Shown: positions 1 to 10,600 of the stretch, piece by piece | Layout: each line of letters opens with the position of its first letter | Numbering within the stretch: the first letter of the stretch is position 1 | Source of the DNA: Macrostomum lignano | Lineage: Eukaryota | NCBI GenBank assembly: GCA_002269645.1 | Contig: NIVC01001033.1 | Span: 1-64,000, forward strand | Length of the DNA stretch: 64,000 nt | Direction: 5' to 3' | Program-made: the position numbers and the translations under genes | Notes under the pieces: model-generated | What the model was told of the DNA's origin: nothing | Databases searched by the model: none | The model's input: the letters and a program-made list of their open reading frames with translations, nothing else

Positions 1-2872
1 GTCGAGTCGCGCCTCAACGTGTTTGCCCACCTGTAGTAAAGCCTGAGATGGCGAGTCAAGTGAAAAACGCACTACACCTTCTGCAGTCGATTTGAAACTT
101 CTTCAACATCGCGTTCAACGCGGCTATCAACCTTGGTGCAACTTGACGAAGTAAGTCTTTCGGTTGAAATTGAATAAGAATCAAGGCGGGCTTCGACGGC
201 TCTACTGACGACAGTAACTGGATTAATATCGAAGTCCGAAGTGGTTTCAGTTTCTTTATCGACACAAACGGGCTTCAATGGTTCAATGCGGATTTCAATT
301 CCTTTGTCGACACAATCCGGTTTTGGAATTTTAAGACAAGTTCCGACTTTTTGCTTACACAAATTGGCTTAGGTAGTTCAAAAGATTCTCCGACATTTTT
401 GTCGATGCAAACAGGCTTAGGCGAATCAATACAGGCGTCGACCTCTTGGTCGGAACAAAGTGGCTTTGGCGCATCAATACAGGCTTCAACCTCTTTGTCG
501 GCACAAATTGGCTTTGGCGGATCAAAACAGACTTCGAGTTCTTTGTCGAGGCAAACTGGTTTAGGAGAAGTAATATTAACACCGACTTTTTTGTTAACAC
601 AAATCGGTTTAGGCAAGAGGATGCAAGCGTTAATTTGTTTGTCAAGGCAAACAGGCTTAGGCGGTTCAATGCAGCAGGCCTCAACTGAGCGATCAATAGT
701 GACGGGATTCAAGTTAGCTGAAATGCCAACATCTGAGCAGCTAGGACCTCTTACTCCACACCGACACAGATAAAGTTCTTGTTGCAACTCGGTTAATTGT
801 TTATTGTTGATCTTTTCTCTCTGATCAGCCAATTGTAGCAGCTGTGTAGCCTCGTTTAACTGCGCATTTAGAGAGTCAACATCGGCCTAAAAGTGAACGA
901 TAAACATTTTAACTGTATAATTGCGGCCTATGAGATAGTTATGGAAAGTTAACGGTGGCCCAGCAACTGGATCTGTGAGGGTAGCCACGGCCTAGCAACT
1001 GAGGATCTGGGAGGCTGGTGGCCCAGCAACTGAGGATCTGGGAGGCTGGTGGCCCAGCAACTGAGGATCTGGGAGGCTGGTGGCCAGCAACTGAGGATCT
1101 GGGAGGCTGGTGGCCCAGCAACTGAGGATCTGGGAGGCTGGTGGCCCAGCAACTGAGGATCTGGGAGGCTGGTGACCAGCAATTGAGGATCTGGGAGGCT
1201 GGCCCAGCAACTGAGGATCTGGGAGGCTGGTGACCAGCAACTGAGGATCTGGGAGGCTGGTCCAGCAACTGAGGATCTGGGAGGCTGGCCCAGCAACTGA
1301 GGATCTGGGAGGCTGGCCCAGCAACTGAGGATCTGGGAGGCTGGCCCAGCAACTGAGGATCTGGGAGGCTGGCCCAGCAACTGAGGATCTGGGAGACCGC
1401 TCCCCTACATGGAGCTTAGATCCCAACCTGAAGCCGATCAGCCTTTTCCACTGCTTCCGCCAGCCGCGCCTGACTCTCGACAGCCTCTGTCTGGCCGCGA
1501 TGCCGCAGTTTCGCGGCAGCCGACTCGGCCGCGCGATTAGCTTCAGCGACTCGACGTCGAGATCGTTTGGCGTCGCGTTAGAGCGTCCTCGAGCGCCGCG
1601 CGAAGCTCGTCGGCCACGTCAGCGGAGCGAGCGCATTGGCATTCCAACTCGGCTACGCGAGCCTCCAGCCTGCAGCGTGTCAGCTCGCTGGTGCGCAGGC
1701 GAACTTCGAGCCAGTAGGCCGCAGTCTCAGGATCCCGACCGTCGGTTGTGGTAGCGGAACTATCAAGAATTTCGACAGTTGCCACCGGCTTTGGCTGTAA
1801 ATAAAATACAGAAAACAAGGGATAAATCTGCATCATTTCTTAAATGCAGACAAGCGATTCTCATAGGAGTCTAGAGGGCGATTCTTATAGAAGTCTAGAG
1901 GGCGATTCTTATAGAAGTCTAGAGGGCGATTCTCATAGGAGTCTAGAGGGCGATTCTTATAGGAGTCTAGAGGGCGATTCTCATAGGAGTCTAGAGGGCG
2001 ATTTTCATAGGAGTCTAGAGGGCGATTCTTATAGGAGTCTAGAGGGCGATTCTCATAGGAGTCTAGAGGGCGATTCTCATAGGAGTCTAGAGGCGATTGT
2101 CAAGGGAGCCAGAGAGCAATTCTAAGAAGAAGCTTAGAGTACAATTCTCAAAGGAGAATTTCGAAAACAATGAGAATAACCTTGGCGGCTGAGTTCAAGT
2201 CGGCGGCCGTGTCAGCAGCAGCAGCGGCAACAGGCTTGGCCGGCTTCAGAAGACAGTGGAACAGATCGCAGGTCAAATTCGTGCCTTCCGTCAGGCTGAG
2301 CAGCGGCCGAAGCGAGGCCACCGCCCGCGGCTGCAGCTCGTCGGGCAGAGCGTCGGCAGCCGCGGCGGCAACCTCGAGGGTGCGCGGCTGACGAAGCCAA
2401 GCGGCCAGCAGCAGCACGCAGGCTTTCAACAGTTCCCAGTCGCGTCGACGACAAGAGGCATCGTCGTCAACAGAATCGACAGACTCCACAGCGACTATTC
2501 GATCCCAGTCTAATACTCGAACAGAGCCGTACGGAGTTCGAAAAGCTTTATCGAGATATTCTTCTAGGCAGGCGAATCTAGGCAGAGCCGTTTCTAACGG
2601 CCCGTGACAATCGCCTGCGCTCCAGTCGGGGTCAACTCGGGTCACCAGTTCCAACAGAACGGATCCGTCTACTAAATCGGCAAAATTTAAGCTTGCATTA
2701 TTTGATTCGTCAGACTGACCAGCAGCGATAGCCATTGCAGGATGCACTTCTGAGCGTCCGGGTCTGCTTCTACATAATTAGCATTGGTCGAGCAAATACT
2801 ACAGACTGAAGCTGATGTAGCGGCCTCTGTCGCAACACTGCCGTTACTGTTCGATGATGCTTGAGTTGCCAT
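1..2872 (-). CDS. HOOK/CCDC88/NuMA-type calponin-homology domain + coiled-coil protein with internal 16-aa repeats (3' partial, 3 apparent frameshifts)
   Basis: Exons 2872-2181, 1794-1428, 886-78 and 30-<1, all joined in phase 0 by GT-AG introns. N-terminus CILQWL...LNFADLVDGSVLLELVTRVDPDW...WELLKACVLLLA resembles the HOOK-domain pattern (L.DG..L......IDP.W); a heptad-rich segment follows, then 9 copies of xxxPKPxCxDKxVxxx. The frame needs single-base corrections near 2725, 1578 and 350, all in homopolymer runs. Confidence 0.6.
962..1392. repeat. 27/31-bp minisatellite (CCCAGCAACTGAGGATCTGGGAGGCTGG[TGG]) filling an intron of the HOOK-like gene
   Basis: About 15 tandem units read directly; the same unit occurs inverted at 24360-24610. 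Confidence 0.95.
1852..2096. repeat. 24-bp intronic minisatellite (GATTCTCATAGGAGTCTAGAGGGC)
   Basis: About 10 tandem units inside intron 2180-1795. Confidence 0.95.
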
Positions 2873-3055
2873 GCGGAAGTAAAATCCAAGACTGAAATTT
2901 TCAAAGCGGATTAAGTAATGACAAAAATTCATATCTTTTGTCGCCTAAAAATATATACCGTAAAAGTAAGGAAGGTTAAAAAGGGTCCTAAGAATTGTAT
3001 TTGAATTTGCTTCAAGATTGGAAGAGGAAGCGGTTGATAAATATCATATCAATAT

Positions 3056-3680
3056 GAGATGAGTGTCGGACAGTGTCAGATGAGTGTCGGGTGAGTGTCA
3101 GATGAGTGTCGGGTGAGTGTCAGATGAGTGTCGGGTGAGTGTCCGGTGAGTGTCAGATGAGTGTCAGATGAAGGTAAGATGAGTGTCGGGTGAGTGTCAG
3201 ATGAGTGTCGGGTGAGTGTCAGATGAGTGTCGGGTGAGTGTCCGGTGAGTGTCAGATGAGTGTCAGATGAAGGTCAGATGAGTGTCGGGTGAGTGTCAGA
3301 TGAGTGTCGGACAGTGTCGGACAAAAATTCGACACATCGGACAGTGTCAGATGAGTGTCCGGTGAGTGTGAGATGAGTGTCGGGAGAGTGTCAGATAAGT
3401 GTCCGGTGAGTGTCAGATGAGTGTCGGGTGAGTGTCGGGTGAGTATCCGGTGAGTGTCAGGTGAGTGTCAGATGAAGGTCAGATGAGTGTCGGGTGAGTG
3501 TCAGATGAGTGTCGGGTGAGTGTCGGGTGAGTATCCGGTGAGTGTCAGGTGAGTGTCAGATGAAGGTCAGATGAGTGTCGGGTGAGTGTCAGATGAGTGT
3601 CGGACAGTGTCAGATGAGTTTTAGATGAGTGTCGGACAGTGTCAGATAAGTGTCGGACAGGTCAGATAAGTGTCGGGCAG
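3056..3680. repeat. 11-bp minisatellite (GATGAGTGTCA / GGTGAGTGTCG)
   Basis: Tandem variant units read directly. Confidence 0.9.
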
Positions 3681-4185
3681 TGTCATTTGAAGTCGGACAG
3701 TGTTAATCATGAGTCCTATGAGATTTAAATCAACCTCAATATTAGAAATACACAAGGCAAAATAAACAAAATACAAGACACAAATTATAATAACGTGCGT
3801 TATGCAAAAAGATGTTCAATTTTGGAGGGAATTTCCTAAACGCCATTCTTTTATTGTAAATCAACTTTAATCAGATGGATAAAAAGTGGAAAAAGTTTCT
3901 TTATAAGTTCTTATCAAGTTTTTGTAGCGTCCAATAGAATAATAACAAATAAACAAGCAGCAAAAGTTATAACCGGAATTATGAATTGCTTTATTATTAA
4001 AAATGAATAAATTACCGTCACCGTAGATGTTAAAATATGATTTTTGTATAAAGAATCGAAGCTGAAACTAATGGAGATTCAATCGATACAGACATTGATT
4101 GGTTAAAATTGAAAAATTGAAACACACGTTTAACCTACAATAAACTATTGATATAAAGGAATTACTTTAGATCAGAGAACACATT

Positions 4186-4346
4186 GGGCCGTATGCGGAA
4201 AGCCTAGTCCAGACTAGCTATTCCGGACTTGGGTAGTTCAGTCTATAGTAGACTGGTCTAACTTTGTGTTTCTGCATACCAAATCCAAGTCTAGACTAGA
4301 TTTTCAAGACCGGACTACCCTAGACAGAGCTTTCTGCATACGGCCC
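4186..4346. mobile_element. 161-bp MITE, PIF/Harbinger-like termini
   Basis: GGGCCGTATGCGGAAAGC ... GCTTTCTGCATACGGCCC, 17/18 inverted match; AT-rich flanks without a clean TSD. Confidence 0.6.
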
Positions 4347-4403
4347 ATAAAGTTCTAGCCACTAGCCACTTTTAAAACAACACTCCGTTGGGGAGGGGGT
4401 TTA

Positions 4404-4543
4404 GGCCATAGACAAAAGCTCGGAACTAATTAGAGAGCTGATGTACAATTTAAAATCCCATAGAAACAACCATAGTTTGGGCCACAGACAACACTGAGCA
4501 AATTCTCTGATCAAGCTCGGATGTCAAAAGTTTGTCTATGGCC
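4404..4543. mobile_element. 140-bp MITE
   Basis: Perfect 13-bp TIR GGCCATAGACAAA / TTTGTCTATGGCC; flanks TTA and AAA (imperfect 3-bp TSD). Confidence 0.55.
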
Positions 4544-4621
4544 AAACCTATCCTAATTCTGTAGGCTCTCAACTTTGCACGACAAAAGCAATACCAACAG
4601 GGTCACACTATCCAGCTAAAT

Positions 4622-7600
4622 TCACTGACTCTTGTTAACCGACTCTTGCAGCCGTTCGTCGTCGCGCAGGACTCGAACCCAGGCGGTCAGCTGAGCAGCT
4701 CGCAGTCTAGCCCAAACAGAGTGCTCAGTAACGCCTGTAGCCAAGATCTGCGCAGCAGCCAGGGCGGCAGCATTAGCGCCAAGCACTGTGACGCAGCCAA
4801 GGCCGGATGGCATTCGCAGAGACGAGCCCAGATCCCAGCCAGCCCAGTCTGCGCTAACTGGTGGAGCGTTAATCACCGGAGCGCACAGGTTGCCGCTGAG
4901 CACGGGGCCAAGGCCGTTGGATCGGCCAGCCACGGCTATGACAGCTGTTGGGCCTCTAGCCGGGTCCGAGGCCAGGGCGCCAACCTCCAGAGCAAATCGG
5001 GTAGCTTTGTGAGCTGAGCAGACTCGAATGTCCACCTGTCATGATGTTTGAGGGGGCATTGTGTTGATTAATGAGTTGGGTGAATGGGACACCAGGACCT
5101 GAAGGAACCAGAGACAATGGACATCAGCATCTGAAGTAACCCCAAGACAAAGAATATCAGCACCTGAAGGGACCCAAGACAATGGACATCAGCACCCGAA
5201 GGAACCCCAAGACAATAGACATCGGCACCTGAAAGAACCCCAACACAATGGACATCAGCACCTGAAGGAAACTCAAGACAATAGACATCAGCACCTGAAG
5301 GAACCCTAAGACAATAGACATCAGCACCTGAAGGAACCCTAAGACAATAGACATCAGCACCTGAAGGCCCCTAAGACAATAGACATCAGCACCTGAAGGA
5401 ACCCCAAGACAAAGGATATCAGCACCTGAAGGACCCAAGACAATGGACATCAGCACCTGAAGGAACCCAACCGACATAAGCACGGTAGCTACAAACCTGC
5501 TCCACTCCCAGTTTGCGCAGCTCGGCAGCAATGCTCTTGCAATAGTCAGCATCAGTGGCCGATCCCATAGCAATAATGACGCGACCCTTTGGCGAACTCA
5601 ATACGGCTGGCAATTTGTCGGCAACCCATTGGAAATTGCGCAGCACAGCGCGGAGTCCGTCGTCGGTGACTTCGGCCATGTCACGGTAGACCTGCTTGTC
5701 AACCATTAGGCGCTTGTCGCCGCCAGGCCAGAGTCGCCAAGAGTCGCTGTCAATCACGTCAGCGAGTAGTATTTCGCCTGTTTCGGCATCAACGCCGTAT
5801 TCAACCTGCGAATTAAGGGGGGATGGAGGCGTCAGACTCTCGCGCTAGGACCCCTGATTTGAGTCTGTGCGCGGCCTCACCCAAAAATACAGGCAGTACT
5901 AATTAGATGACGAGGCATTTAGCCCTAATATTACAGTTAAAGTTACTCCTGCCGTTTACCTAAAGTCTGCAGATTCTATTTGTTGCTTGCAAAACCTAGA
6001 CAGTGTGCTCAGAAGGAAGGCAGCATCACGGGACGGGTCTTCATACAGTATTTTTAATCACTGTCAGAAGAGGGAGCCCGTGTTTTGTCATCATTGCCAC
6101 AAATAGCTATATTAATATAATCGCCGTGATTTGTAGAAATAAAAGAATTTTTAGCACCATTTTTTTCGCTCAGAAGGAAGGCAGCATCACGGGACGGGTC
6201 TTCATGCAGTTTTTGTTAAAACTGTCAGAAGAGGGAGCCCGTGTCTTGTCATCACCGCAATTACTGGTGCTTAAAATATTCACGACGCATAAAGTGTCAG
6301 TTTGCTGGGTAATGCTGCACAGTCACTTATTTATCTAGACATTGCACAGCGACCATTGCAAACATTACTGCATTGTAAGCTGATGCAGAAACATAGCATA
6401 ACTGAACCCGTCATCATTTGGATACAGACAGAGCTCAGCTTCACCAATAACAGCCAAGAACATAACGATGCTTTGCTCAAATCGACAGGCGATGAGATTC
6501 TCGAAAAATATTAGGCCATAACACAAATAATTCAAACTACGATTTACGCATAGTTAAGCTGCAAATTTTTAAATCAACACCTGATTCGCTCAGAAGGAAG
6601 GCAGCATCACGGGACGGGTCTTCATACAGTTTTTTATAACTGTCAGAAGAGGGAGCCCGTGTCTTGTCATCACCGCAAGCAAGGTGTTAAGATTGTTTTA
6701 TGCCAGCAATGACGTCAAGTAAACACATTTCCTCTCAGCAGCCGTAAGTTAAGCAGATTCGGCGATGGTTAGTATGCATTTTAACTAAATTAATCTGTCA
6801 TATTAACAAGAACTCTGGATATTTTAAGACTGCTTTGTCATAATAAACACCTTATTTATGCTCAGAAGGAAGGCAGCATCACGGGACAGGTCTTCATGCA
6901 GTTTTTGTTAAAACTGTCCGAAGAGGGAGCCCGTGTCTTGTCATCACCGCAAATAATGGTGCTTAAAAGATTTATGAAGTGTCAGTTTGCTGGGTAATGC
7001 TGCACAGTCACCTATTCATCTAGACATTGCACAGCGACCATTGCAAACATAAAGCTACATTTATTGTAGGCTGATGCAAATTTATTGCCTAACTGAACCT
7101 GTCAATATTAAAAGTAAATACAGATTTCAGCTTCACCAATACAGCCAAATAAATAGAACAATATTTGATTTTAGTTATTGGCATTAAAGCGGTTAAAATA
7201 CAATTGTAGCAATACCTTTTTTGCTCAGAAGCAAGGCAGCATCACGGGACGGGTCTTCATACAGTTTTTTATAACTGTCAGAAGAGGGAGACCGGGTTTT
7301 GTCATCACCGCAAAGCAGACCCGTTGGAAAAGTTATGCACCTGCAGAGGCATAAAAGGTGAGCGAGGTGCACAAAAGAGGCACCTTAGTGGCCTATTTCG
7401 TGCATGTTTTGGAAATGCACCTGAGTGCACCTTTTAGGCCTAAATGTCACCAATATTTTTTGAAAAGAGGCATGAAAGGTGTAAAATCGGTGAAGTGGTC
7501 AGGCAGTAGGTGAATTCTCAATTTTGATTGGTTGCGGCGGTAGGGGCAGTAAAGGTGCGTAAGGGGCACTGGAGGTGCGCAAAAGGTGAACAGCAGGCTC

Positions 7601-10600
7601 ACAAGTGAGGCACAGCAGGTGTAGGAAAGGTGCTGAAGGGGCGCAGAAAGTGCACGAAAGGTGAATTAGAGGTGCATAAGGTGTACATGTGCGGCGTAAA
7701 TATGTATACAGGTGCATTTCCAAAACACGCTCGAAATATACCCCTAAAGTGCCTCTTCTGTGCACCTCGCTCACGTTTTATGCCTATGCACGAATTAACG
7801 CATTAAGAATTCGTAACAAAAAATTAACTGAGAGTTACATACTCGTACATTGCACGCACAGATCGAACATAGAAAAGCTTTATTTACACCTATACTAATC
7901 GCTGCTATCCCCTTCCTGATCCTGACAAACCACGAAACTAAACATTTCCTATACTGATAAGTTTTAATAAATTTCAACTCAGGAAAAGTTCCGAAAAGTG
8001 ATGAAAAGGTTTGCATTAGTGAGGAAAAATTTCGAATAGTGAGAAAAGGTAGCAAAGAACTTCGCCATTTACAACTTTAACGCCCCTTGCATTGCCTCTA
8101 CGCCTAAAGTGCCCACTGTGCACCTTTTATTCACCTTTCGTGCCTCCAGTGCACACTGTACACTTTTTATGCACCTCTACCGCAGCGCACTTTTTTTCAC
8201 CTTTCACTCCACCAATGCCCCCAATTCCTACTTTGTTCACCTTTTGTGCCTCAACGCACACTGTGCACCTTTAATGCACCTAAATCCCCTACGACACCTG
8301 TGCCCCTACCGCCTATTTCGTGCCTTAAATTCACCTTCTGACCCTGCAGAGGCACTCAGGTGAACAAAAGGTGCACAAGTGGCACAAAATAGGCATAAGA
8401 GAGGCGAAAGTCAGGCAGAAGGTGCAAAACTCTTCACCTTTCATGCCTACTTTAAAAACTCAAAATCCAACGGGAGATGCTAAAGTTGTTGAGCACCTGT
8501 TTGACAATAATTAGTCAAATTTGACATTCGATATTAAATAGGTTAACACCTTTATGCTCAGAAGGAAGGCAGCATCACGGGACGGGTCTTCATACAGTTT
8601 TAGATTAGAACTGTCAGAAGAGGGAGCCCGTGTCTTGTCATCACTGCTTAATGTGTTATAAAAGCGTTTCTTTTGAATTCGCAGTTTATCAATCTGTCAG
8701 TTTGCTGGGTAATGCTACACAGTCACATATTTAGACACCTGCACAGCGACCATTGCAAACGTAAGTAACATCTATTGTAGGCTGATGCAAATTTATTGCC
8801 TAACTGAATTTGTCATAAATTAGTTAAAAGACAGAGTTCAGCTTCACCAATACAGCCAAATAAAGTTTCTTTTAGGTTTTCAATCTTGCGCTTATATTAG
8901 ATCGGACCAGATATGCTTGACAAAGAATAACAAACACCCATATTTGCTCAGAAGGAAGGCAGCATCACGGGACAGGTCTTCATGCAGTTTTTGTTAAAAC
9001 TGTCCGAAGAGGGAGCCCGTGTCTTGTCATCACCGCAAATAATGGTGCTTAAAAGATTTATGAAGTGTCAGTTTGCTGGGTAATGCTGCACAGTCACCTA
9101 TTCATCTAGACATTGCACAGCGACCATTGCAAACATAAAGCTACATTTATTGTAGGCTGATGCAAATTTATTGCCTAACTGAACCTGTCAATATTAAAAG
9201 TAAATACAGAGTTCAGCTTCACCAATACAGCCAAATAACTAGAACAATATATGATATTAGTTTTTTTGGCATTAAAGCGGTTAAAATACAATTGTAGCAA
9301 TACCTTTTTTGCTCAGAAGGAAGGCAGCATCACGGGACGGGTCTTCATGCAGTTTTAGATTATAACTGTCAGAAGAGGGAGCCCGTGTTTTGTCATCACC
9401 GCAAATAAAGGTGCTTAAAGATCTAGATAGATAAAATGTCTGTTTGCTGGGTAATGCTGCACAGTTACTCAATATTCAGACATTGCACAACGACCATTGC
9501 AAACACAAGTGATTAATGTAAGGCTGGTGCAGAATTATTGCATAACTAAACCTGTCATAATTTAATAAAAGACACAGTTCAGCTTCACCAATACAGCCAG
9601 GATGCCAGCTAGCACCAGTGAAAAAGTATAAAAAAGTACACAACATCGCTACTTTAAATATTAGCTTACAGAAGTTGCAACACTCTGCAAAGACTCTCAT
9701 GTTTATAGAATCTTAAGCATAAGAAAGCAGGGTTGTAATCTTTGTGGTTAGAGCGTCGGGCTCGCGACTGGAAGGTTGGGGGTTCGATTCTCGACCCACT
9801 CGGAACAATTTGTGTCCCAGAACAAGACACTTAATTCTGCATTGCTTCACTTCACCCCCCAGCCAGTCCTTGGACTGAACAGCCGTACGCAGCCTTCAGA
9901 TGCGCCGCGCAATAGCTTCGGATGAGCTGTCAGTTGCACACCTGGCCATTATGGCAGGTGCAATACATTATTATAAGAAAATGAGAATAAGCATTATTCC
10001 TTACCTTCATATCAATGAGCGCGCAGTCCAACGAATGCCAAGCTCGCTCGAGAATTTCAAACACAGCCGCGGTGGTGCCCTGCAAAATGTCCACATCGTT
10101 GCCAGTAATCTTGCGACTGCCGCAATTCAGGCCCATAGCAACAATTTGCTCTTTGGACACCTGCGGATCGTCGTTAGCGTCGTCTTTAAAGAAGGTCTCG
10201 GATTTAACTGGCACAAACCGGTGGCCCTCGGGCACGCCGGGGTGGCGCTTCAGAAACGAGCCGGTGGCGACGCGGCGGCACACGAATTCGATTGGGATCA
10301 TGTGACAGCGGCGGGACAGCAGGCAAATGTCGTCAAGGATTCGTTCGAATGCGCACCTGAATTAGATAAAGATTCAAGATAGATAAAGAAAGCGGTCCAG
10401 TGCAACCAACCCCCAAGACACAGTGAAGTGTACATGCCTAACGATAATTAAAGTTAAGGCCACTGTAAACTCCCGCGTGAGTGTGTGCCTGTGTATGTAT
10501 CCGCGCGCTTGTGTGCCTGCTCAGGGGAGTCGACGGATCCCTCTCGCCGGTTGTGCGACAATGTCGCTTAGAGTGCGTGCCTGGGCGCACACAACCTCTG

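Noticed and set aside
6680-6840. Possible third snoRNA type after C/D copy 3
   Set aside because: Only weak TATGACA and CTGA motifs and no rRNA complementarity I could identify; more likely a decayed H/ACA slot or spacer.
6007-9598. Repeat-spacer array read as CRISPR, riboswitch tandem or miRNA cluster
   Set aside because: The context is a eukaryotic intron with no cas genes and 90/165-nt units. The C/D and H/ACA boxes plus rRNA-complementary guides explain the conservation better than a pre-miRNA hairpin or aptamer.
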